Shown here: one piece after another, positions 30,533-40,486 of the stretch
How the letters are laid out: the number at the start of each line of letters is the position of its first letter
How positions within the stretch are numbered: the first letter of the stretch is position 1
Notes under the pieces: generated by a model
What the model saw: only the letters and a program-made list of their open reading frames with translations
What the model was told of the DNA's origin: nothing
The model's database searches: none
Assembly: GCA_963810935.1 (NCBI GenBank)
Contig: CAWEPK010000007.1
Span: forward strand, 288,001-352,000
From: an uncultured delta proteobacterium
GTDB taxonomy: Bacteria > Desulfobacterota > Syntrophorhabdia > Syntrophorhabdales > WCHB1-27
Length of the DNA stretch: 64,000 nt
Direction: 5' to 3'
Translations under genes and position numbers: made by a program

Positions 30533-31757
30533 GCTGCTGGTACTTTTACTGGTATTTGCCATGGCGGCCCACTGCGGAGGCGGGGGAGGCGGCGGCTCGT
30601 CGCCGGAGGGCTCTTCCGGAAGTCTGTCCGGTACTCCCGTCAGCCTTCCGAACGGCCCCACCCTTCCAACCATAACGGGCAACAACGTGCTGACGATTAG
30701 CGTAGGGGGGCCTTCATCCTATGCCAACGAGCCGACCGTCAGCTTGACAGTCTGCGATCCAAACGGCAACAACTGCCAGACGATCGACAATATACTGCTC
30801 GACTCGGGGGACTATGGAGTCCGTATTTTCGGCCAGGTCCTCAACTCGTCCCTTGCTGCCGCCATGACGCAGGTGGAGGTAAATTCCCTCCCCCTCTATG
30901 AATGTATCGAGTACGGAGACGGCTCTGCTGTCTGGGGGCCGGTCAAGTCAGGGCAGGTGACCCTGGGACGCGAGCAGCCCGTCGCTATCCCGATTCATGT
31001 CGTTGGCCCCGCCTCTTTTAACTCCTCCTCGATTTGCCGGGGATCACCGCTCCTTACAACGCCGGGCGATGCCCAATACAATGGCGCGCTTGGCGTAGGT
31101 CTCTTTAGCAACGACTGCGGTAGTCTATGCGCAACCAGCGCCAGGAACGGGCTCTATTTCACGTGCACCGGCTCGTCATGCGCGGGAACGACCGTCCCTA
31201 CCCAAAGCCAGATCCGAAACGCGGTCTCCGCGCTTCCCACCGACAACAACGGCGTACTGGTGAGTTTCCCGAGCATACCCCTGGCCGGCGCTCCCTCGGC
31301 TAGCGGCTACCTTATCCTCGGGATCGGCACGCAGTCAAACAACAGCCCTTCGGGGGTCGTAGCTTATCCCGCAAACCCGAGTGATGGAGACTTTACCACA
31401 AACTACAACGGGGCAAACTACAGTGCTTTTCTCGATACGGGCTCGAACGGATTGTTCTTTCCATCAAGCCAAATCGCCACCGTGGATGGCGGTCAGTGGT
31501 ACAATCCGTCCTCGCTCCTCACTCTCTCAGCTACGAACACGGGGTACAACTCAGCACAGTCCGGACAGGTACAATTCCAGGTGGGCAGCTACAATGCCCT
31601 CATGGCAACGTCGAACAACGTTTTTTGTGATCTGGCAGGACCCGGTTCAGACGGCTATTTTGACTGGGGACTTCCCTTCTTCCTCGGGAGGAACATCTAT
31701 ATAGGCATCGAAAGCGCCACATCCACCCTTGGTACGGGACCGTACTGGGCTTACTGA
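30519..31757 (+). CDS. DUF3443 family lipoprotein
   Basis: 'CQTIDNILLDSG', 'FLDTGSNG', 'FDWGLPFFLGR'; adjacent to DUF2844. Confidence 0.82.
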   Translation: MRSGKLLVLLLVFAMAAHCGGGGGGGSSPEGSSGSLSGTPVSLPNGPTLPTITGNNVLTISVGGPSSYANEPTVSLTVCDPNGNNCQTIDNILLDSGDYGVRIFGQVLNSSLAAAMTQVEVNSLPLYECIEYGDGSAVWGPVKSGQVTLGREQPVAIPIHVVGPASFNSSSICRGSPLLTTPGDAQYNGALGVGLFSNDCGSLCATSARNGLYFTCTGSSCAGTTVPTQSQIRNAVSALPTDNNGVLVSFPSIPLAGAPSASGYLILGIGTQSNNSPSGVVAYPANPSDGDFTTNYNGANYSAFLDTGSNGLFFPSSQIATVDGGQWYNPSSLLTLSATNTGYNSAQSGQVQFQVGSYNALMATSNNVFCDLAGPGSDGYFDWGLPFFLGRNIYIGIESATSTLGTGPYWAY

Positions 31758-31899
31758 CGGGGAACGGCCGGGGTCAGCCCTTGACAAGGCACAACGCACA
31801 TCTCTTATCTAAGGTGTGCAGACCTTCCCCATCGTTCCTCAAGCCTCAAGCCCGTTCTGTCCGTAGTCAAGGGCTGAGCCCCCATTACATGCTGTTCTT

Positions 31900-31919
31900 G
31901 TCACGTTAGTCAACTACGT
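31900..31919 (+). repeat. 20-bp imperfect palindrome GTCACGTTAGTCAACTACGT (exact copy 38196-38215)
   Basis: Exact duplicate; each copy is preceded by a similar GC-rich motif (GGGCTGAGCCCC / GGGGCCTGACCCG). Confidence 0.7.
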
Positions 31920-32424
31920 CTCCCATTGTCTCGCAGGAAGGAGGGGAGGGGCACTGAGCAAGGCGGATTATTGAAGATTATATCCTGGCGGAAAATATGG
32001 GTTTTCACCTACCAGTCGCACCCATGCCTCATTCCATAAAAATCACAATAACCAGCAAAAGGCGGTAACGCTCGATGTAACGAGGCAGTAAACTAAACGG
32101 CGAGGCCCGGCTTCCTTATCTAGACTCGTCCATGCCCCCGCCATTGGGGAAAAGTATTTTCTAAATATCGTTTCAACCCGCTTAAGTTTTCCCTTGACTT
32201 CGTGTATAACAGTGTATTACACTGTATGAGAGAAGGGATGAGGCAGGCGATGCGAAAGAAACCAGGGAAGACAGAGATGAAACTCTTTGAGGAAAAGATT
32301 GAAGAAATCAAGTCACATAGATTGATGGTCTTACAGGCGTAGACCGCCTATCGCGCCGTTGCCGGCCCTTTGCGTGCGGGTTTGCAGACGAAGGCTTTCA
32401 AAGCGTGTCACGCTGGAGGAAACA

Positions 32425-32595
32425 ATGAGACTGGTAAAGGGCGTTATCGCAGCCACACTCTTCTGGGTGGCCTGGTGCAATACATTGTGGGCCGTCGTCG
32501 CGGTTCCGGAAATCAATCCCGCCTCCGCCTCTTCCGCAATAGGCCTTATCGTTTGTGCCTTACTGATCCTTTTGGACAGGCGGATGAAGGGCTGA
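32425..32595 (+). CDS. 56-aa VPEID-CTERM mini-protein (VPEIN variant)
   Basis: MRLVKGVIAATLFWVAWCNTLWAVVAVPEINPASASSAIGLIVCALLILLDRRMKG; RBS GGAGG. Confidence 0.85.
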   Translation: MRLVKGVIAATLFWVAWCNTLWAVVAVPEINPASASSAIGLIVCALLILLDRRMKG

Positions 32596-33795
32596 AGGGT
32601 CATGTCCGGTCTCGCCGTTAGGATGATCCCACCTTGGCGGTGATTGCCGGAAGTTGCGGTGGGCAACAGGCCGTCAAGGGCTGACCCCTATGCTTTATAC
32701 GGACTTCAGGAAGAACACCTCTGGCGCCCCTCGCGACCAGGCCTCAAAGATTACGCCCCGGGGCCTCGGTCTTCCAGTATTCACTAGTTGTCATGGCGAT
32801 CCCTCGAAGACCGCTCGTACAGAGGACTCAAGCCCCTATGCACAGCGCCGCGTGACACCTGCGTTTGTCTCGTTGATCAGCCACCCTGCCGGGACCGACC
32901 ACTTGAAGTACTGCCCCTGCCTTGGCTGCAAGGTCGGGAAGGTCTGGCTGGAGGCACACCTCTCGGGGAGCCAAAAGGAAGCGAGGAGCAGAGTGGCCGC
33001 CGCCAGGATTGCGGGCCCTCTTCCAGACCGGGGTGCTGCCGGAAGTTGTTGCAGTGTCATTGGCTTATCTCCTATTGCAGTCCGCACTCCATTAAGACCG
33101 CGCGGACAGACAACATCCATCATGCCACTTCGATCTTCACTTGCGCTTTTTAGGCTTCGTCCAGACGGCTAGCAGCACAATACCAAAGATCACGAACAGC
33201 ACCACGCACCCGATGCCGATGCCTCCCGCGACTGTGGCCCCGGCGCGTATGGCATCGCCCTATTTTATCATAAGCGGGATGGAGACCCCCAGAATGACGG
33301 CGGCGCCCAGTATCACGAGGAAGAAGGCCTTCCACTCCAGGTACCTTCAGCCTTGCCCCTCTCGTACGCCTGCCTTCCGACAAGGAGCATCAGGAACAAA
33401 CGAATCAAGTCCATGTACGCCACCTACAGTTATTTTCGGCTATCACACGAGGTTCCTTTTGCCAAACATTGCCTCATCGCCAACCGCCGATGTTATCACC
33501 TCGTGATAGCATCTTGCAAGGGAAAACTCTGATCGAACAGAAACGCAGCGCAGATCGATGCTTTGGCTGTTTCGCTCGATATCATCCACGGGCTCACTGT
33601 GCTGGGATTGGCCGGCCGATCCGACTCCTCTTTAATGCCATCACGAATGGTTAACTTTATTGTGCGCGGTTGCGTTGTGGTTTGCAGGAAGGACGCCTGC
33701 TGCGAGGCCCGTGCACCTTCGGTGCCCCTTACATCCCTAAATGGAAGAGGTCCGGCGTAGGGGGCAAGCTAAGGTAGTCAATACCTAAACGGCTG

Positions 33796-33860
33796 TCAGT
33801 AGAATTCCCGCATGATCTCTGCGCGGCGGTTGTTGCGGTAGATCACGCCCAACGGATAGC
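33796..33860 (-). repeat. Duplicated 3' end of the OFOR beta gene (22 bp identical to 35044-35065)
   Basis: Encodes 'PLGVIYRNNR..EIMREFY*', matching korB 'PLGIIYRNDR...IMREFY*'. Confidence 0.85.
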
Positions 33861-33892
33861 CATGACAATGATGTGCTCTTGATCGCCCGGTA

Positions 33893-34261
33893 TCAACCGT
33901 CCTCATCCTCGCCTTCATAAATGCAGCCCGATTCAGGACTTTCCTGCACGATGAGCTTGCAAAGGCCCGGAAGGGATGGTTTAAGGCGCTTCCATATCCA
34001 GCGGGCCAGGTTCTCAGATGTCGGATTCTCAAGGCCCTCTATATCGTTCAGGCACCGATGGTCCAACTGGTCGTGGAGGGGGGCAAACGCCTTGGCTATG
34101 TCTGCAAAGTCCATGACCCACCCGGTGCGTGGTTGCAGGGGTCCTCTGATATGGACCTCGATCCGGAACGCATGACCGTGCATGCGTGAACATTTGTGGC
34201 CCACCGGAACATTGGGGAGGAGATGGGCCGCATCTACCTTGAACGCTTTAAAGATTATCAT
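33893..34261 (-). CDS. queD: 6-carboxy-5,6,7,8-tetrahydropterin synthase
   Basis: 'AAHLLP..HKCSRMHGH', 'LDH..LN', 'ENPTSENLA'. Confidence 0.93.
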   Translation of the reverse strand: MIIFKAFKVDAAHLLPNVPVGHKCSRMHGHAFRIEVHIRGPLQPRTGWVMDFADIAKAFAPLHDQLDHRCLNDIEGLENPTSENLARWIWKRLKPSLPGLCKLIVQESPESGCIYEGEDEDG

Positions 34262-34271
34262 TCCGTCCTCG

Positions 34272-34922
34272 CTATGGTATTCCCAGGAGCTTGTGGGTCT
34301 GCAGGCTTAGCCGCCATTGGGGATGCTCCAGGCAGTATCTGACCGCCAGCCTTGTATTTTCCCCACGCATCGAGCCGTCTCTGGGTTGAAGGAAGAAGTA
34401 CCTGAAATCAAGCTCCTCATATTGCTCCGGCTCCGCTCCCCTCTGGGGAAACACCAGCTTTAGCTCGTCGCCCACCGTGACCTTCAAAGGCGCTCCCGCC
34501 TTAGGGCTGACGCAGGTCCAGTCTATTCCGGCGGGGGGCATGATCGTCCCGTTCGTTTCGACGGCCACCTCGAATCCGACCGCGTGGAGAGCCTCAATCA
34601 GCGGCTCATCCAATTGAAGCAGCGGCTCGCCCCCGGTGCAAACAATCAGGGGACGAACGTGTGCCCACCGAACAGGCGGGAGGAGGCGAGCTGCCGATTC
34701 AGCCAACTGTTGCGGATCGATATATTCTCCGCCATCAGGTCCGTCAGTGCCCAGAAAATCAGTGTCGCAGAACGTGCATACGGCCCCCCGCCGGTCCTCC
34801 TCTTTTCCCGACCACAGGTTACAACCGCTGAACCGCAACAAGACGGCCGGGCGGCCGACGTTCGCGCCTTCACCTTGAAGTGCATAGAGAATTTCCTTTA
34901 CCAGGTACGGAAATTCAGTCAA
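34272..34922 (-). CDS. queE: 7-carboxy-7-deazaguanine synthase (CX14CX2C radical SAM type)
   Basis: 'LQGEG', 'CNLWSG...CTFCDT', 'TGGEP', 'ETNG', 'SPK', 'WRLSLQTHK'. Confidence 0.92.
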   Translation of the reverse strand: MTEFPYLVKEILYALQGEGANVGRPAVLLRFSGCNLWSGKEEDRRGAVCTFCDTDFLGTDGPDGGEYIDPQQLAESAARLLPPVRWAHVRPLIVCTGGEPLLQLDEPLIEALHAVGFEVAVETNGTIMPPAGIDWTCVSPKAGAPLKVTVGDELKLVFPQRGAEPEQYEELDFRYFFLQPRDGSMRGENTRLAVRYCLEHPQWRLSLQTHKLLGIP

Positions 34923-35043
34923 TGCTTCCCCCGATATTTCACCGGCCCCTCCAGCCCTCCACACGTGTCAAAGGTTACCATCGCTGACTCTGCACTGCAA
35001 GACCGGGAGGACTCGGCTAAGGCAGTCAATCCCCAAACAACTA

Positions 35044-35894
35044 TCAGTAGAATTCCCGCATGATCCCCGCGAGGCGGGCGGGGTCGAAGGACGACTGCCG
35101 CTGCGGGCGGCGTGGTCCTGTCGGCGCGGGCTGTGTAAGGCGGCCGGTCGTTGCGGTAGATTATGCCCAGGGGGATTTTATCGGGGGGTTCCAACGCCTT
35201 TGCGAAGGCGGCGGCCCTGTTTGTGGGGTCGTATGAGGCGTCGAGGTGGTAGACCCTGTCGGCGAACCATTGGTACGTGTTGACCTGGTTGAATGTTACG
35301 CAGGGCTGGAGGATGTCGAGGAGCGCGAAGCCTTTGTGGTTGATCGCCTCCTTCATCATCAGGGCGAGGTGGTCCCGGTCGCCTGCGTAGCTTCTGGCGA
35401 CGAAGCTGCAATCGAGCGCTATCGCCAGGGCGAGCGGGTTGAGCGGGAGCGGCGGGCGCGCCTTCCGGCTGGGCCTTCGTCTTCATGCCCATCATCGAGG
35501 TGGGGGACGCCTGCCCCTTGGTGAGCCCGTAGACTTGGTTGTCGTGGACGAAGAACTTGACGTCGATGTTGCGCCTGATCGCGTGGATGAGGTGGTTCCC
35601 TCCTTCGCCGTAGGCGTCGCCGTCTCCCGCGACTGCGATGACGGGCGTGGGCGCGCCTGCGAGCCTGATGCCCGTTGCAACGGGCAGGCCCCTGCCGTGC
35701 AGCCCGTTAAATGTGTTGCATCGCGTATAGTGCGGGAACTTGCCTGCCTGGCCTATGCCTGATACGACGATGAGCTGGTGCGGCTCGAGGCCGAGGTCCG
35801 CCATCGCTTTTTTAAAGGCGCCGAGGATGCCGAAATTGCCGCACCCCGGACACCAGGCGGGCGTGACGCCGTCGAACTTACCCGAGTCTGCCAT
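35044..35894 (-). CDS. korB: 2-oxoacid:ferredoxin oxidoreductase beta subunit (frameshifts near 35455 and 35110)
   Basis: 'WCPGCG', 'VSGIG', 'LHGR', 'GDGD', 'YGLTKGQASP', 'LQPCVTFN'. Confidence 0.85.
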
Positions 35895-37593
35895 CCAACT
35901 CCTCCAGAAGCTCATCCAGCAGGTACGGCCTGCCGTCGTATTTGTTGACCGCCGCAGCGCACGAAAAGCCCGTCTCCGCAGCAAGCAGCCGGGCGAACTG
36001 GGACGTCGCGTTGTTCTCGACGGAGATCGTCTTTTTCGCGGCCTTCAGGATTCCGAGGTAGTCGAGGCTGTCCGTTAAAGGGAAGGGCCAGATTTCGCTG
36101 AAGTGGAGAAGGGCGATCTCCTTGCGGCCGGCGAGGCTATCGACCGCCTCCCGCAGCACGCCGTGATTGCTCCCCCAGCCGACGAGCACCACGTCGGGTG
36201 CGCGGCTGCCGTAGAGCAGGGGAGGGGCGATCTCCTTGCGCAGTGCCGGCAGCTTCAGGAGCAGCCGCTTCTGCACCATCTTTACGCGGGTACGGGCGTC
36301 CTCGATCAGGTGGCCTTCCTCGTTGTGCTCGTCGCTGTCATCGACGACGAGGGCGGGCCCTGCGCCGGGGATCGCGAGGGGCGATATGCCGGAAGGGGTG
36401 AAGGCGTACCGCTTGTATGACGCGCCTGCTGCTGCGGCATCGCGCAGACGGTAGTCCTTGTAGACGATCTTCGCGGTCTCGATCCCGTCGTATGTCCAGG
36501 ATGAGTCGGCAAGGTACTGGTCCGTCAGCACGAAGGCGGGTATCTGGTATTTCTCCGCCAGGTCGAAGGCCTTGTTCGTCAGAAAGACGGCCTGCTCGGG
36601 CGTGCCCGGCGCAAAAAGCGCCCTCGGGAACTCCCCGTGGCCTGAGTGCAGGACGAAAAGCAAATCACCCTGCTCGGTGCGCGTGGGAAGCCCGGTCGAT
36701 GGGGCGGGCCTTTGGCCGACGACGATCACGACGGGCGTCTCCGTCATCGCCGCCAGCGAGACGCCTTCGACCATGAGGGCAAAGCCCCCGCCCGCGGTAG
36801 CAGTCATGGCGCGCCGTCCTGCGTAGGATGCCCCGATGGCCATGTTGATCGCCGCGATCTCGTCCTCCGCCTGCTCCACGACGATGCCGTATTCCTTCGC
36901 TTTGGCGGCCATATAGAGGAGCACGCCGGTGGACGGGGTCATCGGGTAGCCGGAATAGAAGCCGCAGCCGGACAGCACAGCGCCGACGCCGACGCCTGCG
37001 TTGCCGTCGATCAGCATGCGGGCCGGGCCGGGCGGGGCCTTAGTGAAGCTGCACTGCGTGCAGTGGGCGGCCGCGTAGTCGCGCCCTCTTTCGGCGGCCT
37101 TCCGGTTCTCCTCTACGGCCGCATCGCCTTTCTTGCGCATCTGCCTGTTTATGACGTCCATGTAGACGTCGAGAGGCAGGCCGAGCATGCCGAGCAGCGC
37201 GCCCGTTGCAACCGTGTTCGCCATGATCCTACTGCCGCCGTCCTGCGTTGCCAGCTCTACGAACGGCACCTCCAGGAACTGCGGGCCTTCGTGGTGCTCC
37301 TTGAGCATCGCGGGGTCGTAGACGATTATGCCCGACGGGGCGAGTTTGCCGCCTGTCTCGCCGATACTCGCCCTGTCGAAAGCGAGCACGATATCGGCGC
37401 AGTCGCGCGAGCAGCCGACGGGTGAGTCCGACACCCTGACCTGGACAAAATTGTGCCCGCCCCTTATACGCGACTCGTAGTCCTGGTGGATGAAGACGTA
37501 GTAGCCCGACCTGGTAAAAATCTTCCCCAGGGCATCGCCGATAGTCTGCATGCCCTGTCCGGCTTCCCCGCCGATGCGGATGGTATAGTCCAA
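35878..37593 (-). CDS. korA: 2-oxoacid:ferredoxin oxidoreductase alpha subunit (gamma-alpha fusion)
   Basis: 'GGEAGQG', 'ESRIRGG', 'YPMTPS', 'QAEDEIAA', 'TGLPTRTEQ'; TTG start after GGAGG. Confidence 0.9.
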   Translation of the reverse strand: MDYTIRIGGEAGQGMQTIGDALGKIFTRSGYYVFIHQDYESRIRGGHNFVQVRVSDSPVGCSRDCADIVLAFDRASIGETGGKLAPSGIIVYDPAMLKEHHEGPQFLEVPFVELATQDGGSRIMANTVATGALLGMLGLPLDVYMDVINRQMRKKGDAAVEENRKAAERGRDYAAAHCTQCSFTKAPPGPARMLIDGNAGVGVGAVLSGCGFYSGYPMTPSTGVLLYMAAKAKEYGIVVEQAEDEIAAINMAIGASYAGRRAMTATAGGGFALMVEGVSLAAMTETPVVIVVGQRPAPSTGLPTRTEQGDLLFVLHSGHGEFPRALFAPGTPEQAVFLTNKAFDLAEKYQIPAFVLTDQYLADSSWTYDGIETAKIVYKDYRLRDAAAAGASYKRYAFTPSGISPLAIPGAGPALVVDDSDEHNEEGHLIEDARTRVKMVQKRLLLKLPALRKEIAPPLLYGSRAPDVVLVGWGSNHGVLREAVDSLAGRKEIALLHFSEIWPFPLTDSLDYLGILKAAKKTISVENNATSQFARLLAAETGFSCAAAVNKYDGRPYLLDELLEELDGRLG

Positions 37594-37709
37594 TGTTTCG
37601 GTCCCTCCGGTTCCGGCCCCACACAGTAAATGGAACCTGACGCTTTTAATCGAAGTGTAGGGGTGCTGGTACGCATTGTCAAGAAATAAGGGGGGCCGGA
37701 ATTGCGGGG

Positions 37710-37853
37710 GCCGGGGCAGGCCGGGATCTTTTCGCGCCCTTCGCGTCGTTTCCTTGGTCGCGAGTCCTCGCGTACACACAACGTACGCTACGGCTCGCTC
37801 GGTCGAAAACAACGCGAATTGCATCGAAAATCTCTCCGGCCTGCCCCGGCCCC
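37710..37853 (+). repeat. MITE-like structured repeat family (related copies about 56336-56525, 59000-59125, 61523-61725, partial 38340-38390)
   Basis: Shared 'GATCTTTTCGCG...CGCGAGTCCTC...CGGCTCGCT..GTCGAAAA...AAAATCTC' with terminal complementarity. Confidence 0.8.
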
Positions 37854-37899
37854 GTTTGTGCAGGATGGTTTGGTTAGGATTGGAACGGCTGGCCGCGTG

Positions 37900-38118
37900 C
37901 TATGACGCTTTCTTCCATTCCAGCGAGAGCTTGCGGCCGGACGCGGCGCAATCCCTCAAATAAAGGTTGATCAGGGTTTGATAAGGGATACCGGCGTCTG
38001 CCGCCAATGCCTTAAAGTACTTGACAGTTTCTTCATCAAGCCTGATCGTTACCTGTTTCTTGAGAAGGTGCGCGTAAGGGTTCTTCTTCGCCTTAGAAAA
38101 ATCATATTCCTTTCTCAT
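37900..38118 (-). CDS. brnA: BrnA-family antitoxin (orphan)
   Basis: 'MRKEYDFS', 'KKQVTIRLD', 'YFK', 'PYQTLIN..L'. Confidence 0.85.
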   Translation of the reverse strand: MRKEYDFSKAKKNPYAHLLKKQVTIRLDEETVKYFKALAADAGIPYQTLINLYLRDCAASGRKLSLEWKKAS

Positions 38119-38600
38119 GTAACTACAGTGTAAATACAAATGCGGGACTTGTCAAATTGGTCCGGAAGGGAGGGGCCTGACCCGGCCCTTCGCCCGTCAC
38201 GTTAGTCAACTACGTTCCCTATTTGTATTGTTATATATTACGTTGATGCGTATGAGAGAAACGGATGAACATGCCCCTTTAGAGGAAATGTTTTAGGGCG
38301 GGCAGTCATTGTCAAGAATTATGGGCTCGCGCGGGTAAGATGGGGCGGGATCTTTTCGCGGCTTTTCCCTGTCTCTCGGGGCTGTCGCGGACGTGGTATA
38401 TTATCGGAGTGGGCTGTCATTGTTTCTTATCCGGCAGCATAATTCTACGTGAAAAAGCGTTCAAATACCCGAGAAACGGTATGAATAAAGTGGAAGGATT
38501 CAACTGGATATAGTGTTATAAGTTCGCATCTCGATAGTGTATCGATTACATTGTAGAGGGAAAGCTTGACAATTGCGCAGTAATATCGATATTGTACTAC

Positions 38601-38680
38601 AGTAGAGCGTGGCATGCTCTGCTCCTTGGGCGCTTGAGACCGGGCCGAGAAACCTACCTCAAGCGTCCTTTCTTTATTAT
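38601..38680 (+). ncRNA. Candidate ~80-nt small RNA
   Basis: TTGACA (38566)-18-TATTGT promoter, 10-bp hairpin, terminator hairpin and T-rich tract; no ORF. Confidence 0.45.
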
Positions 38681-38761
38681 TCCTTACACAGCCCTTTACA
38701 TGTGCCGCCTAGTAATACAAATCACAACATTGTAATAAACTGACCAGCCGGGTTACCTTCT

Positions 38762-40036
38762 TCAGTCGTCGAAGTTGCCCCCCGACCCCTTCGCGCCTAG
38801 CCCTTTTCCACGCTCGACGATCTTATCTTTCGTCCACTCTTCCGGCTTCTCTATCTGCTTGCCCTTGGGCCCCAGGTCGTAGGAGCCTGCCGAAAGGAGC
38901 GCCTCGATGCCGAGGTCGGCCGTGTCTGCGCCGTTGAGCACCTTGGTCATCATCTTGTACGCGAATTCCTCGACTGCCTTCGCCATCCCTTCGCGGACTG
39001 CGGCGGGCTGCGCAAGCAGCTTGTTCTCGAAAGGCAGGTTAAGGTTCTTATAGTCGCCCTTCTTCCAGCCCTTGCCTTCCGCGTAGGCGATCATCTCGGC
39101 CCACAACTCGTCCGTCATGCCTTCGCCCTTGCGCTTGATGAAGTTGCCGTTCGGGTCGAGCTGGGCGTTTCCGTAGTCGTTGACCTCGACCCCCCATGAG
39201 ATGAACTGGAGGGCGGTGGCCACGTTCGCCTTGGTCGTCGCCGTCAGGTTCGCGATCTGGCGCAGCCGCTCGGAGCTGTTGCCGGACGTGCCGTGCTGCG
39301 CCCCGCTGATGCTGTAAGGGGTGAGGGCCTTGTGGATCTCCGCTGTAAGCTCGACCTGGATGCCCGCGTCGGACGCCTCGATGCCGTGCGTCGTGCCGTT
39401 GTTCAGGGCTATCCAGTCGGGGAAGATGCCGTTGGCGTTGAGGCCCTGGATGAGGAACATGGCCTCGGGCACTGTCGAGAGGCCCTCCTTGCCCTTAATC
39501 TCGCCGACTTCCGTCTCCAGGCCCGCCCATTTCGGGACGAACGGGTTCAACTCGAGGTTGGCGAGCAGGTTCTGATCGTCGAACAGATGCGACGCGTCGA
39601 TGGCGATTGAGGTCAGCCCTGCCTCGAACATCGTCGGTATCTCGACCTTCGCGGAGGCGACGTCACCCGCGCTCTTGATGCCGTAATGGTCCGCGTGGAC
39701 CGCGACGGGCACGGTGATGCCCATCTCGTCGCACAGGGTATCGACGATGCGCGCCATGTTCCAGTAATTGACCGCGCAATACGCCTTCTGCCCGCCTTCC
39801 GACTTCGCTATCTCGATGATGACGGCGGCGCGGGCGCGCTGGGCGGCCCGCAAAGCACCCCGGACGACGAAGTAATTCCTGCCGTTGCACGCCATCGCTA
39901 TTGCCTTCCCCTTGGCGCGCATGGCCCGGTCGATGACCTTGCCGCTGACGATGAGCGCCTTGGAGTTGGGGAAAAGCTGTTTAATGTTGGGGGGACGGAA
40001 TTGAAGCGCCTTTTCGAAATCTGCTGAATAAGTCAT
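38762..40036 (-). CDS. fba: Class II fructose-bisphosphate aldolase
   Basis: 'VHADH', 'IDASH', 'ETEVGEI', 'NGTTHG', 'QHGTSG', 'KANVAT'. Confidence 0.88.
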   Translation of the reverse strand: MTYSADFEKALQFRPPNIKQLFPNSKALIVSGKVIDRAMRAKGKAIAMACNGRNYFVVRGALRAAQRARAAVIIEIAKSEGGQKAYCAVNYWNMARIVDTLCDEMGITVPVAVHADHYGIKSAGDVASAKVEIPTMFEAGLTSIAIDASHLFDDQNLLANLELNPFVPKWAGLETEVGEIKGKEGLSTVPEAMFLIQGLNANGIFPDWIALNNGTTHGIEASDAGIQVELTAEIHKALTPYSISGAQHGTSGNSSERLRQIANLTATTKANVATALQFISWGVEVNDYGNAQLDPNGNFIKRKGEGMTDELWAEMIAYAEGKGWKKGDYKNLNLPFENKLLAQPAAVREGMAKAVEEFAYKMMTKVLNGADTADLGIEALLSAGSYDLGPKGKQIEKPEEWTKDKIVERGKGLGAKGSGGNFDD

Positions 40037-40486
40037 AAGAGATTCTCCTTTCACGAGAAGGAATATAACTCTTTCCGACAATTGGATTCTAAGATAAATT
40101 GGCGAGAATGTCGAGTGCTGCGAAAAGCGCGGCGATTACCGGCCTCAGGGGCAGCCAGCCAAGGCACCCGCCGGCTCGTCCTCCCGAGCTAACGGTCCCG
40201 GCACCGCCCTGCATGATGGCAGGGGTCGGTGACGCCTAAACGAGCTCAAGATCCTATCCGGTCCAATTTCTGTTTCTATCCATTTTAGAGCGGTAATGAT
40301 AGCCTCCAATGATTAATTGGGGTCCCAATTAAACTCACTGAGTTTATCCACCCCATATGTCGTATTATACGCAATGGACCTGCGCGCCAAGTTTGCCACC
40401 CTTTTTGTTGATCTTTTATAAGATAGGGATGTAAAATCGAAGAATATGTATAATGTGTATAAAAAAAAGCGGTTAGCGATTAGAAG

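Noticed and set aside
32226..32342. Short ORF after a TA-like promoter
   Set aside because: About 38 aa with no recognisable motif.
32780..33480. Minus-strand fragments: a signal-peptide ORF and a two-TM segment with in-frame TAG/TGA
   Set aside because: They look like decayed genes; there is no Cys-like context or SECIS, so recoding is not proposed and no family can be assigned.
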